A stretch of 64,000 nt of DNA from Centroscyllium fabricii. Lineage: Eukaryota. The notes beneath the pieces are model-generated. The model had not been told where the DNA came from and searched no databases. It was given only the letters and a program-made list of their open reading frames with translations. The translations under genes and the position numbers were made by a program. Positions within the stretch are counted from its first letter, which is position 1. Each line of letters begins with the position of its first letter. Positions 36,168 to 50,154 of the stretch are shown here, in pieces. The stretch spans positions 59,892,001 through 59,956,000 of the forward strand of contig JBNRSN020000024.1 in the NCBI GenBank assembly GCA_051313645.2, written 5' to 3'.

Positions 36168-37964
36168 CTGCAGTGAAGGAAATACCTCGACTTAAAACAT
36201 GGCAACAAAAAAATCTGCACAGGCTCCGAGCACGCAATGATCAGACACGGAGTCTGCAGCCTTTTAGCGTTTGCGTTTTCTCCTCCCGTCACACCATTAC
36301 CTTATTCCTCCGTTGAAGGCTTCAATGCCTGCTGGGCACGGCTCCACAGGGGACGTCGTCCCCCTCCAGCATCTCACACGGGTAGCTATTCTTCACATGT
36401 GGGCCTAGACAGCGAGTGTGGCAGGCCCACCAAAGCTGAAATGCTGTTCTCACCTGGCGTGCAGAGGTCGCTGGCCTGCAATCAGGAGCGAAAGCCCGGG
36501 CTGATATTCCCCCCCGCCATTCCCAGTGGGCGACGAGACCAATTGTAGCGCCGTCCCGCTGGGTTCAGCTAACGGAACACAGACGAAAGGTTCAAACCGG
36601 GGACCTGATAGCCTGCACAGCTTGGTAACAGGGCAGGCAAGGCAGACATCTACAAGACTAAAAGTGTGGATTTTTCCATAGTGAACAATAATCGAATCAC
36701 TATCCTGAAACACAGCAATATGGCCACTTCGATACACAATATCAGGAGCACCTTCAGCAAAGCTGTTACTCAACAATACCCCGTTCTGATCACCATTCAG
36801 TGAGGTGCACCATCATCAGATTAGAATGGGTTTAAACTGATGACATCCAATATAATTTATTTCATTTTGAGCTGCCAAGAGAGAGTCAAAACAAATACTG
36901 CCACTATATTTAGTCCTATTCAGTTGATGAAAAATTTGGCAATTAATTTCTCTGTGTGATACAGTTGACATTCTCAGTGTCTTCTGCGTGTTTCTCTTTA
37001 ATAACAGAGCAACGAGATGTCATTTCTTTCACCTCGCAGCTGTGCAACGTTCGCAAACAGAATGATCAGCCTCATTTAAAGCTGCAGGACACCACAATAT
37101 GGGACCAGGACTACCGAGCACTTAGGGGTTATTAACCAAAATCGGCACTTAAATATTCCACTCCCCCTCTTAAAGAGAATTCTGTTGGATTTAATGGAAC
37201 AACAGTGAAAAAGACAGCAATATGCAAAGTAGGCAGAAACAAACTGCTCTCTGAACTCATATTTAACCCACAGTCTCATTTTAATAATCACCCTCTTGAA
37301 CTTTATCATTTCTCTCTCCCTCAAGCTCTCCATCCCTTAGGATCTCACTTTAATTCTTCCTGGAACCACACGTGTTGAAATTCAAGACTTGTCAGACTGA
37401 GTCCGACTAACTTCTTTTCCAGAATCGTCTAATATTTCCCTCAGCCTTCCCTTCCTTCTCCCACTGGACAGGTTTTCCAAACCCTAGCTTGGCATCTCCC
37501 AGGCCATTCACCTCCTTTTATACTCGGAGTGACAAGCACTGGGCTTCAGTTTTATATTGTGCCTCAGAGAGCAAATGTGTGGGCCCTGCTCGCTGTGTGT
37601 TCACATTATTAATCACAGCTCCCCTTATTTTTATGGGTCTGTGATGCTGTTCGAACAAGGAACTGTGGCTTGTTCAACACCATGTGCAGGCTTCCCCGTC
37701 CTCGGCCCTACTCTTCTCAACCTTGACCGTGTTCTGCATTATGGGGGCTCAACCCTTCACCTAGGTTTCTCAAAAATAAAAAGTGCAACACTCCTCCAAT
37801 CTTTTATATCATTTCACACATGGATACTTTCTACTCACTGGGAAGCACCCACTATCTGCGGAGAGCTGCATCGTGGCATGTTGTTCCCAGAAAGCTTTGC
37901 GCACTTCCACCTTATTGAAGCTACTTTTATATATTCGCGCATAGCTTCATCCAGTTTCAGGATT

Positions 37965-38452
37965 TTTTTATTCGTTGATGGGATGTGGGCGTCGCTGGCT
38001 GGCTAGGCCTGCATTTAGTGCCCATCCCTAATTGCCCTTGAGAAGATGGTGGTGAGCCGCCTTCTTGAACCGCTGCAGTCCATATGGTGTAGGTACACCC
38101 ACAATGTTGCGTAGCGGTTGTTTACAACTGAGTGGCTTGCTGGGCCATTTCAGAGGGCATTAAGAGTCAACCACATTGCTGTGGGTCTGGAGTCACATGT
38201 AGGCCAGACCAGGTAAGGATGGCAGATTTCCTTCCCTAAAGGACATTAGTGAACCAGATGGGTTTTTGCAACAATCGACAATGGTACCATGGTCGCCATT
38301 ACCAAGACTAACATTTAATTCCAGAATTAAATTAAATTGAATTTAAATTCCACCAGCTGCCGTGGTGGGATTTGAACCCATATCCTCAGAGCATTTGACT
38401 GAGCCTCTGGCTTACTAGTCTAGTGACATAACCACTACGCCACCACCTCCCC
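37965..38452 (-). mobile_element. tRNA-derived SINE with LINE-derived tail (third family; partial copy near 20355-20705)
   Basis: Minus-strand head GGTGGCGTAGTGGT...GGGTTCAAATCCCACC; tail CAGCGGTTCAAGAAGGCGGCTCACCACC...GAATAAAAAA. Confidence 0.7.
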
Positions 38453-39199
38453 AAAGCCTCTCCTGCTGCTGCACTTAGAATGGGGAGCTGGTCTCCATCT
38501 GCACACAACCTCTGCTTTTATACAGAGCCCCGCAAGCTCATCTCATGACCTTCAGATTCTGGGTGATCTGCTGTTGTTTTCACTGCTAAATCCTGCTGTC
38601 TTTTTCCAGACTCTCAGGCCCACAAAAACTGGGTCTGAGAGCCAACTGGTGGGGTAAAGAAGCTGGATTTAGCAGTGTAAGTGGAATCCAAAATTAAATG
38701 AAAGCCAGTGTGGAAGTAGCTACAGAGAGCAAATGTCAAGTGCCAGCTTACTTATTTCCATGGGTCTATGATGCCATTAGGATAAAGGAACAGGGATTGT
38801 TCACACTATTTACGTACAGCTGACTGGGGGGATAGTTTTCAACTCCATCGCCTGGACAGTAACCTGACTGAGCCGATCAGCCCTCGCCTTACACAACTAA
38901 ACCGGTTTTCATTACATTTAAAAAGGGTTATTGTCCAAGCAGCAAAGTTGAAAATGAACCCTTAGATCTCCCTCCACCCCCACACTGTAAAAAGCATTTT
39001 GAAACACATGGGAAATCCACTTGTGCCGTTTCAAATGACCATACATTGTGGGGAAAATTCTGTTTATGTCTGATAGATAAATATTTTCATTTTAACTTAC
39101 CATGCAAAGTGTTCTTGTGCAGTGATGTTGTTAATTTCCCAGTGTACAAGATTTCAGCCAACAGTTCCCAACGCCGTCACAGTCAAATGGGGACAACAG

Positions 39200-39595
39200 A
39201 CATAGAAGATAGGAGCAGGAGTAGGCCATTCGGCCCTTCGAGCCTGCTCCGCCATTCAATGCGATCATGGCTGATCATCCAAACCCAATACCCCGCCCCT
39301 GCCCTCTCCCCATATCTCTCGATCCCTATCGAGCCTACATCGACACGTATCCCACCCTGTCACCGTAACCCCACATATTCAATCGCCCTAACACTAAGGG
39401 TCAATTTATCATGGCCAATCAACCTAACCCGCACATCTTTGGACTGTGGGAGGAAACCGGAGCACCCGGAGGAAACCCACGCAGACACGGGGAGAATGTG
39501 CAAACTCCACACAGATAGTACCCGAGGCTGGATTTGAACCCGGGTCTCCAGTGCTGTGTGGCAACAGTGCTAACCACTATGCCACCGTGCCGCCC
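39200..39595 (-). mobile_element. HE1-type V-SINE, long swapped tail
   Basis: Same structure as the 29049 copy. Confidence 0.92.
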
Positions 39596-40769
39596 TTGAC
39601 TGCTAATGATCACCAGTTAATGGCTGCGACCAAGTCAATAGAAAACATCCACTTTGAAACCGGTTAGATCTTGCCTGACAGCACTGGACCTGCAGAATAC
39701 CGAGTGCCTGCGTTGATGCCAAGATGTGGACAAAACGAATTAAAAAATAATTCGGGCCCATATAGTTCTTTAACAGTGAACCCAGCTCCAGGACGGTGCA
39801 GGGTCCAAAGTGCAAAATGGAAAACAATATTCACGCTAATTGGCAATCTCAATCTCTTAAAGAGTAATTCACTCTGGTGCAGTGGGGCGCTTTTAATTTT
39901 GGAAATAATGCAGGTTGTTGAAGAGCAGAGACAGACTGACCTGCATCTACCCCAGCCCATTGATACCTGGTCAGGAGCACTTGGTGCTGAAAACAAGGTG
40001 GTGCTATCACTGGAAAGTGAAAGGAGATAAAGGGTTTCTGGTGACACGTCTTTCAATTTTACTGAAATTGAGTCTCCGGAAACGATGGGAAATGTGGGAT
40101 GTGGAAAAAAAAAGATTGACCAGAACCTGCCCGAACTCGGAACAGCCTGTAAAGTCAAGTATAGCACTGGAGAATGTGAATGGATGTCTGGGGAAAGGAA
40201 AGCCTGGGATGCAGGTACTTGAACATTTATTGGGAATTGTAAATGTACAGCAGGCAAGCTGGACTGAATGTGTTTTATGCTACTAATGACACTTCTCTTG
40301 TTGAAGAAGCAGCCCAACCATCCAGACTAATGGTTTAGGTAATATTAACAAATATGTCGATGACTATTTTCTGCTCAATTTAAAGCTGGGTTGCTTTAAA
40401 GATTTTTGCTGCTCCAGCCCCGTTCTCTTGGAAAATAAACAGCAGTGAAGGAGAGGGCAGAGAGCGATTACGCAGTGATTGATCCCCTCAGACTATTTGT
40501 TGTTCACAATCGCTATTGTAAAACCAAGCTCTTGATCAACCGCAGAAACGTGCCTACAATTAAATCACTAAAGAGGCTTCATATCCTTCCTGCTTCATGT
40601 TGGCAAGTCCAAAGTAACAACTGAGTAAAGCACCCTAGCAGTCTTCACACACTGACACCATTTGACCAATTAACTCTTTGGCCACTGGCTTTTCTGAGCA
40701 GCCTTTCAAATGCACCGGCTTTTCTTCAATGCAATTTAAAGCTGAATTCACAGCCCCTCGATGCACTGA

Positions 40770-41152
40770 GCACAGTGGCATAGTGGTTAGCACTGCTGTC
40801 TCACAGCACTGGAGACCTGGGTTCAAATCTGGCCTCGGGTACTATCTGTGTGGAGTTTGCACATTCTCCCCGTGTCTGCGTGGGTTTCCTCCGGGTGCTC
40901 CGGTTTCCTCCCACAGTCCAAAGATGTGCGGGTTAGGTTGATTGGCCATGATAAATTGACCCTTAGTGTTAGGGGGGTTATGGGGATAGGGTGGGATATG
41001 AGTCGGTGCAGGCTCGATAGGGATCGAGGGATATGGGGACAAGGCAGGGGCGGGGTACTGGGTTTGGATGATCAGCCATGATCTCATTGAATGGCGGAGC
41101 AGGCTCGAAGGGCCAAATGGCCTACTCCTGCTCCTATCTTCTATAATTCTAT
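40770..41152 (+). mobile_element. HE1-type V-SINE, long swapped tail
   Basis: Same structure as the 29049 copy, opposite strand. Confidence 0.92.
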
Positions 41153-42520
41153 CTATAAAAGAAACTGAGCCACACAGTCCGATAGGTTTGATCCCTGGTC
41201 TGTGTTGAGTCAAGGCAGTGCTAGTGGTGTTACAATTGGTTTTAAAACTCCTGGGCTAGGAAATGGGATGGGGAAAATCTTGTGTGTGTGTGTGCATGTG
41301 AGTCAGTGAGTGAGTAAGAGTACTGAAGGGCACCCAATGCCCATGTAAATCATACCCCAGCAAGATTGGGGAGGAGATGCGTGCAGCAAATCCTTCAGTG
41401 GATGTTGGGCGATGACAGGATCAGGTGTTACGCCCCTTATTTCTTGCATAAATTCACACATGATGAATAGCCACTAAGCGAGGTACAAGAGGACAGCTGG
41501 CACACATGGAACAATGCCCCAACAAGCGGAGGAGGGGGAAAAAGGGTTATTTTTTTTTAGGGAAAATACAACCGAATCAACCAGCCTGGGCACATGTAGG
41601 CAGCACAGAGTGACTTACCCGTCTGTGTCACTTATTCAGTGTCAGCCTTGGCTCTGTATTCATGTAAAACACCGGGCCCCTTGCCCTCAGAGGTGGGCTA
41701 CACGGTGAGGTAGATTTGAGTCAGTTTGGTATGAATGGCTGATGCTTCTCTGCTGTTCCTTTCCGCGAGAATCTTAATGCATGTGTTGCCTTGGCAATTT
41801 AATGCTACGTGGAGCAGGTGGAATTAATCCACTAGTTTTTACTGCTCTAGGAGCTATATCTATACAAAGATCTGTGTGAATGAGCTCCTCCACGCAGGTG
41901 GAGCTCAGCAAGTAAAATTAAATGAGCCTTGAAAATAACAAAGTGGTAGGATTTTTAAAAAGTTGTGCCGTTGAGGGTCTAACATTGAAATGCTACACCA
42001 CAACGTTCCAAGGCACAAACTTGTGCTCGTATTTCCCTCGTACTGCATTTCCTAATCTTGGCTAAGGCAATAAGGTTAGATTGCAAAGAGTAACGCTGAT
42101 CCCACAAAAGACAGAGGCCAAAAAAGAGTTTACTGTCAATTATACTGCCAATGTGTCTGAATGGGTCTCAATCAGCACGTACCCGAGGCAAATTTGTTTA
42201 CACTTGTTCTGATTTATAATAATGACGTTCAGATTTCTTGATAAATCCGAACCTCCGATTATTCCAGCGATGTGGAAAACACCGAGGGTTCTGCTTGGGA
42301 ACAGTTTCCAAAGTCAGTTCCCAATCCTTACTGGGTTTCATCGGATCAACTGAGATTTATCTGGATTTGAATAGCTTCAATCAATTTGCATTCCAGGCGA
42401 CACATTTGCCCGTTTCCAGCCTATGCTATTCATGAATCTTCAAAAATCCTTGCATTTCTCTCCCCGGTGAAATTTGTGCCCTCATCAGGTTGGCAGATGA
42501 TCGAAGATTGAGCTCTTCTC

Positions 42521-42906
42521 AGCACGGTGGCACAGTGGTTAGCATGGTTGTCTCACAGCACTGGAGACCCGGGTTCAAATCCAGCCTCGGGTACTGTCTG
42601 TGTGGAGTTTGCACATTCTCCCCGTGTCTGCGTGGGTTTCCTCCGGGTGCTCCGGTTTCCTCCCACAGTCCAAAGATGTGCGGGTTAGGTTGATTGGCCA
42701 GGATAAATTGACCCTTAGTGTTAGGGGGATTGAATATGTGGGGTTACGGGGATAGGGTGGGATATGTGCTCGATAGGGATTGAGGGATATGGGGAGAGGG
42801 CAGGGACAGGGTACTGGGTTTGGATGATCAGCCATGATCTCATTGAATGGCGGAGCAGGCTCGAAGGGCCGAATGGCTGACTCCTGCTCCTATCTTCTAT
42901 GTTTCT
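42521..42906 (+). mobile_element. HE1-type V-SINE, long swapped tail
   Basis: Same structure as the 40770 copy. Confidence 0.92.
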
Positions 42907-43518
42907 AAAGCACCTCACGTCAGCGTCATGAACTCACCAATATTGTAAAGCACAGGTAAGATGCAGAGCAAAGCTCCCTCTACTCTGCCCAAATGTGTCT
43001 CAGCACCAACCCCAGAAGAGCACCCCTACTGCACCAGTGCAAATTCTCCCATTACCCACATCAATTAGTCTGCGCATTTTCTAAGGAAGATTGCCTAACC
43101 AGTGAAAATTAGTGATTTAGAGGCAGTTTTCTAATGCTGTGGGTGCACGCCCACTGGCAACTGGATTGAATACATTTTTTTTGAAAAACAGGAATAGTAT
43201 CTTAATACAGGAAGGTAAAGGAAGCTAGTATCCAACAGGGGAAAAAGCTCAGGTTATATTGGGGTTAGTGGGTTGCGAGGGTCTCAATATGAGTATTGTG
43301 CAAGTGGCAACAACCCCAGACTAAGCTTGCTGGAATTGCCAAGATCAATCACTGGGAGAACCTGGCAACTTTTACAAAAACTAGGTCTGCCCTGCATCTG
43401 GCCTTAGCAAACCCAGCAGGATCGCAATCACGAGTTAGTGGCTCTAGCATCCCAGTAAACCCAACATAAATGCAACTTGAGAGAGAAAAACCTGTGTGTA
43501 CGTCACTGTTTCACAGCG

Positions 43519-44350
43519 TCATCCTTAGCTCAGTGGTAGCACCCTCGTCTGAGTCAGAAGGCTGTGGGTTCGAGCTCAACCCCAATCCCAGAGGCTTGAA
43601 CACATAATCTAGACTGAAGTCTTTCATAGACTCATAGAAATTTATGGCACAAAAGGAGGCCATTCGGCCCATTGTGTCTATGTTGGCCCAAAAAGCTATC
43701 CAACCTAATCCCACTTTCCAGCTCTTGGTCCGTAGCCTTGTAGGTTACGGCACTTCAAGTGTATATCCAACTACTTCTTAAATGTGATGAGGGTTTCTGC
43801 CTCTACCACCCTTTCAGGCAGTGGTTTCCAGACCCCCACCATCCTCTGGTTGAAAACATTTTCAACTCCCCTCTAATCCTCCTACCCATTACTTTAAAAC
43901 TATACCGCCTGGTTGTTGACCTCTCTGCCAAGGGAAATAAGTCCTTCCTATCCACTCTATCTAGGCCCCTCATAATTTTATACAACTCAATCAAGTCTCC
44001 TCTCAGCCTCCTCTGTTCCAAAGAAAACAACCCCAGCCTATCCAATCTTTCCTCATAGCTTTCAGATGAAATGTTAAACTGAGGCCCTGTCTGCCTATTC
44101 AGGTGGATGTCAAAATCCCATGGCACTATTGGAAAAAGAGCTTCTGAGTTGGTTATTCTCAACCAAATCCCCCTAAATAGTTACCTCGCCATTTCTCATT
44201 GCTATTTGTGAGAGCTTGCTGTGAACAGATTGGCTGCCATGTTTGCCTACATTACAACAATGACTACACTTCAAAAGTAATTAATTGGCTGTGAGGCACT
44301 TTGGGACATTCCAAGGATGTGAAAGGTGCTATCTAAATGCAAGTTCTTTC
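43519..44350 (+). mobile_element. SacSINE1-like SINE split by an antisense CR1 fragment (43625-44058)
   Basis: Head at 43519-43620, Deu-domain and tail at 44059-44350; insert translates to YEERLDRLGLFSLEQRRLRGDLIE. Confidence 0.8.
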
Positions 44351-45594
44351 ATTTACAGCTCAGAGCATTGGATCATCTATAACAAGGGGCTCGGGTTTGT
44401 ACCTGTATCATTGAGTGCTCCTGGCTATTTAGAGTTTTCAATGGGAAAAAACACCTCGGGTATCCAGAGCCTTGTTGGCAGGAACCTGCTATTCTGAGTT
44501 TGAAGCTGACGCTGTCTGTGTCTGCTTCCAAAAACCCGATGAGGTTTTGAAAGGTCTACCAAAAACCTTAAACAAACAGATGTCTAAAAATCGTTGGCAC
44601 TTCAAGATTACCCTACAGCTTCAACTGCACAAGCCAACAGCTATATTTTGTGATGCCGACAATCTGCTCAAGGTTACTTTGTCGCATCTAATATTGACAA
44701 GTTTTACAAATCTGGTTTGTATCTGCCACTATCACAACATATGGCACAAAGGAACCTCCACCGCTCGCCATAATGTAGGGACACCCCCGGTGGATAATAG
44801 AAATTGGTGGATAGTCACGAGTGCCTGCTCCACACAGGGCAGGGGAATTTCCAGAAATGGGCACTAAAACTGGCATTAGGCCTCTTATTAACATATGAAA
44901 GGGGCCAAATGCCTATTTTAAGTGCCCGCCAAGGATGCCAGAATAACCGCCTGACCCAATATGGGGTTAGGACATCTTTAAGCCGTTCTTGAGGCATATG
45001 ACATAGCAGCATAAAATCTGTTCTTTTTGCCCCCATTTTCCGCTCGAAATCTGCCCCCCTCTCCAAACTGAACTTGATACTTTGTTGCAACCAATAGTTG
45101 GTTTGTTTGAAGACGGGTGGGGATTGGAAAGGGCCACCCTGTTCAATTTAAATGCAGCCATTCTGTGTAATTTGTGTAAATGTGTTCAATTGGCAGATCT
45201 TTTTGAATTTCACAGGCAGCTATTTACATTTTGCTTGGCCCCAAAATCGAAGTATATACCAGCCTGTATTTTTCAAATTGGGTGAGTAATCTGGAGTCTT
45301 CGAAGAGAATCTGCATGTAGCCTTCAAAGTGAGTTTGTCTGGAACCTCTTAAAAGGATCAGTCAAGCTAGATAGCTTCTGTAGATGGTGTGAAAAAGATG
45401 CAAGGAAAATCTTAGTTTATCACAGGAGTTCTAGTGTATTCTTTTACTGCATGAGGAGATGGCAATTCTCAAGAACTACCGTAAAAATTTTATGTTGCTA
45501 GTAATATTTATTTGCTTTGATACTTCTTAATAAATTTGTTTGGCAGTTAAAGTCTTGCAATAGTGTTATTCTGTTGCCTTCCAAAAATGATGAG

Positions 45595-45998
45595 TAGGTC
45601 TGTGGAATTTGCTGCCCCAGAGAGCTGTGGAAGCTACTACTTTGAATAAATTTAAAACCAGAGATTGACAGTTTCTTGGAAGTAAAGGGAATTAGGGGTT
45701 ACGGTGAGCGGGCAGGTAAGCGGACGTGAGGCTAGTTTCAGATCGGCCATGTGATCTCCTGGACCAGTTTTTGATTGCCTAGATGGGTCGGAGAGGAATT
45801 TCCCAGATTTTTTCTCCCAAATTGGCCACCGGATTTTTGTCTGGTTTTTCGCCTCTCCTGGGAGATCACATGGGTTCGGGCGGGATGGAGAGTGAAAGTA
45901 GATTTGAGGTTAGTATCAGATCAACCTTGATCTTGTTGAATGGCGGAGCAGGCTCGAGGGGCCGATTGACCGACTCCTGCTCCTATTTCTTATGTTCT
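45595..45998 (+). mobile_element. CR1 3' end with long 3' UTR (same subfamily as 51629-52735)
   Basis: LWNLLPQRAVEATTLNKFK reading and CCTATTTCTTATGTTCT tail. Confidence 0.85.
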
Positions 45999-46351
45999 GA
46001 TGAGGATCTGGTAAAAGCACTGGATAAAATAAATAGTCTGCAAAGGGTGCTCTGTTCCTTTCCTAGACAGGTTATGAATTTTTACAGTTATTCGGGTGAG
46101 GGAAAACGCTTTCTGGGACATGAGGAGCTAGGTCGCACTAAATAGAGCAGCCAAACGCAAACTCAAAATGATTCAAAGTAAAAGGAAAAGAAACCAAGAA
46201 ATGTCCCTACAAATGGTCCAGTAATACCTTAGAATGGGAATGAAGACAAATACAATAGAAATAACAAAATAAATACTGTATTATGTAGTTATATTCAAGA
46301 AGAAAAGGAATGAAACACAAGTAACTGAAGAATCTGTGCAAGAAACATAAA

Positions 46352-46532
46352 GGGGATGAAATTGGCCTTCAGCGAAAATACGAAAGGAACAATAGCGAAT
46401 CAGCAGCCTGTTCTACATCGCGCCTGACTTTCGGTTGGCTTCAATGGTGAAGAAAATGGGACGGGGTGTTAAACGGGCTGCCGATTCACGATCACTCGTT
46501 TCGCACTATCGCCGAAGACCAATTTCAGCCCC
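46352..46532. mobile_element. Short MITE with GGGG...CCCC TIRs (similar elements at about 38846-38981, 44842-45058, 48982-49090)
   Basis: GGGGATGAAATTGGCCTTCAGCGA / TCGCCGAAGACCAATTTCAGCCCC. Confidence 0.6.
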
Positions 46533-49500
46533 GATGTCTTGTGCAAGGCTTTATTCTGCAAAAACTCTGGTGGCTAAAGGAGGCTTCACTGTAGTTTAGT
46601 CCCATCATAGTGGATAGCATCAAATGTCAGCAATAGAAGCCGAGAGTTTGGTTTAACAACTACTTACATTTCTATACTGCTCCTCGGGCAGAAAAAGGTA
46701 AAAAGGTCACAAAGCGCTTTACAAGTTGCACGAAGAATAGTTGGCAGGGGTGGGGGGGAAAGAGAAGATATGGTTGATTATTGGGCCAGGGCAGGTACAG
46801 GTAACAAGGTGGAGGGGGGTTTGCACTGTGTTCTCAGGGTGCTCCCTACTGTGTACATGCATTGGACTGCAGCCAGGTTTCAAGAGGATCAACTGTTTTT
46901 CTAGATATGGAGAAGCAGCTCATTTTATGGTGCTTCGTACTCACTGGGGTAAATCTTGGACTCTCCACTAAACTCTATGGGGTGATTTGCAACTGCTGGC
47001 CGCTCGTGTCTCGGAAAAACAGGCGATCAGCAATTGAAAATCAGAGGGGAATAGGAGGGAAAACTAGGCATGTCAGCCACCCCATTAATGGTCAAGGCCT
47101 GTCTGATGCAATTTGCCTGCTTTAAACAGGGGGAATGCTGCTTAAATACATAAATCAGAGTCCCACGCCAATTGTCAGATACCAACTGCAATTTTCAGGC
47201 ACAATTGGGCAGAGTGTACGTCAATGCACATTTGCACCAGGCAGTGAGCAGCCTAACCAGTGGTCATTAAGGAGGCCGCTCACAAAATGGCCCAGGAAAC
47301 TTTTTGTTTTGCGAGGTGTGAAGGAGCACTCTGGTCGCTGTTGGCCCATCTGAGGCCCACCGCCTACACTCCCCCCCCTCCCCGATTGCCCCCTGCTTCT
47401 CTCCTAAGCACTGTCGGCCGGCTCAGTGTGGAAGCTGGCCAATTTCCTACCCTTCCAGTAATGGCAAGCTGCACCAGGGCAGCCGGTCCTCAAAATGGCT
47501 CAGGACTCGGGCCTAACCAGAACGGGCAGGTGGCACAGCCGCTGTACTGACTTTGCCCCCGTTTCGGATGGAAGTCGAATATGCCCCTCCCCGCCTGTAA
47601 GTTCAGGGACCACAACATTTACTCTCCGACCATGTCAGTGTAGAGAAGCAAGCAAATGTCCAGTGTTACGTTGCTGTCCCCTGTTGCCTGGAGGCAGCTC
47701 AGGTGTCTGACTAGGCCACCCTTTTCAGCCCATATTGATTCCATACCAGCATGAAGCATCTGACAAAGGAGTGAGCTTTCATAGGGATAATGCTCGATAT
47801 GCTACTGTGGCATTTATACCAGTCTCAAACAGAGGCAGGTACGCTTGACTAGGTAATCGTGACATCCGTTAGGAAGGCTGTGTTTTGAAATAGTCTGCTG
47901 CATTGCTCTCTCATATATGACAGGCATGTCTTTTCAATCAATATTTTTCTTTTATGACACAAAAAATACTTCACAAATGCAATTTTGAAAAGCAGTAGAA
48001 AATTTGATGCAAATTCTGATAAGGTACCACATTAAACGGGAGTGGTTTTCTGTATTTTTTTTTGTCTTAACTGAAGTGTCTGTTCTAATCTGTCATTCCT
48101 GTATTGATCTGCCTTACCACTTTCTTTTTTGCCACCCTCATTACCACATAAAGAAATCATTCTCGTTTCCAACCGACTGCAAATGTTCAAGGGCCGCATC
48201 TGCTGATTTCTCGGTTGTCCCGCTGAATTCTGATATTGGTTCTCTGTCACAGTTCGAGAAAAACAAAAAAAAAGGCTTCTTTGGAAAGAGCAAACTCACC
48301 ATCGCAAGTGCATCCCAATGAATCTCAGTAACTTTCTCAGATCTTTGGGGTGCCTGCCTTTCACACCACTTAGCAGGTTTCAGATTGATCCCTGTCACAA
48401 CCAATCCTGTCAAAGCTCATCTCAGGTTGCCTCTTGAAGCAGTCAAAGGCCTGTTATCATCAGTTCAGTAAAAGATCAATCCAGCACAGAATGAGAACAT
48501 AATCAGCCATTGATTGATCCTCGCTCCTTCAGAGACTGCTAAATTTCCCTTGTGAATGCTTTCCAAAGGGTTAAAGGTCAAGTCGACAGGACTTTCCATT
48601 TTTCTGCTAAAATGTGTTCGTACATTTATTTTCAAATATATAGGGTTTTGCTAAAACTTTTCTGTCTAAATAAATATAAACATTGAAATAATCCTAATGA
48701 CATGTCATATCTGAACTATATGACTGCACATTTTCATGATATCCAATATGTCAACCAATTAAACAGGATTATAAAATTAATATTAACTTGTATCATTCTG
48801 AACCAGACCTTACGGGTTATAACACTATTAACAACAAAAACAAATCAAGAAATAGAAACGGAGATGAAAAGAAGAGCAATCAAATATATTGTAAAAAGAC
48901 GTTGGTGTGTAACACAAGGGTAAATGAGAAAAATTGAGCTGCAGAAATGGGCCAAAACGTGAGTACAGGATTAAAACTGCTAGGGGGTCATTTTGACTTT
49001 GGACGAGGGAAGTCAATGGCAATAAAAATCAGGAGAGATGTGTAACGGGCAGTCGATCAGAAATCGCCTGTTCAAAGTCAAAATGAACACGCCCGCCCCT
49101 CAATCTTGTCCCAAGTGAGGAAGGGGCAACTTTTACATCACAATAGTGATAGCTGACTGCAGACATATAACTTTCTCTCCGTTGGCTGAATCCTAAATTT
49201 ACGCAGCCTGACCTGCAGGCCCGAACAATGATGTGTCTACAAATCTACCAAAGGCCTTTCGTTGCGCAAGGGAGAGGTGGGTAGCGGTCCCACGTGGCTG
49301 CAGCCTTCTTACGGTCAGGTCTCCGTGTTGCAGTGGAGCTCAGCAGGCCTACACAGGTTGGCACCCAACGATAAATTTAAACGAAAGAGGACGATGCCAA
49401 AACCAGAACAAAACAAAAAAAAAAAGCATAGAGGGCCTTTAGACCTCGTCTGGGTGCAGATTTTAAAAGGGACCTAGTCACGTGAAGAAGTGTTTGACAA

Positions 49501-50154
49501 ATTCTCTCTGTTTGGAAATTTAACACAATGAGGTAAATGATGTTAAAATGCATCACCTCACTCACACTTGATGTTCCAGTAATGAAAATGACATACTGCT
49601 CTTTTCTCTTCCCCAAACAAAAATGTTTTTTTCCTTGGAGACAGTGTCCCTTTAAGACAGTTCCTCGTACCTCCAAACTCCACTGAGGGACCCTCAGAAG
49701 GAAAACTTCACTAAATCTAAAACATTTTTTATTTTGTTCTTCCTTGTTCAGTCAGTATCTCTCCCCTCTGTAAGCCGCTTGGTCTTTGGTCCCTCGCCCA
49801 AGTGGACAATCTTCATGAGCGAGGAGCATGTTCAACCATGGATGTTACAATATAGTGATCAGGAGTTGGAGCCTTGTCCGATTGTCCCCTCACCGGCCAA
49901 GGGACGTCATGGTCAATCATAGTGTCTCCAGTGTTGCTCCAGCTGACATCAGCTAACTTGGCTGAGAACCCTGGCCTATACGACTCTGCTATGCACCACA
50001 TGCGATCAGATGTAAACCCCAATTTTAATTTAATGTGCGGGAACTTAGTGAACAATCACCTCCCGGTGACAGAAGAGTTACCTTTTCCTTTCAGCGACCC
50101 GGCAAACAACCAAAAGAGAGAAAAATACTTAGCAGGGTGGAGCAAGGGCTTCTT

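Noticed and set aside
39046-39537. Recurrent ORFs containing LTRTSLDCGRKPEHPEETHADTGRMCKLHT
   Set aside because: Antisense translation of the V-SINE core, not a gene family
39664-40317. 217-aa ORF and overlapping ORFs
   Set aside because: No recognisable domain; intronic; ACACA exon phases are already complete without it
40770-40840. tRNA genes (A/B boxes here and at 19807, 24864, 29438, 39595, 42521, 56514)
   Set aside because: These are SINE heads running directly into SINE bodies; no complete cloverleaf
42907-43040. LF-SINE-related fragment on the minus strand
   Set aside because: Only a weak resemblance from memory; cannot be supported without an alignment
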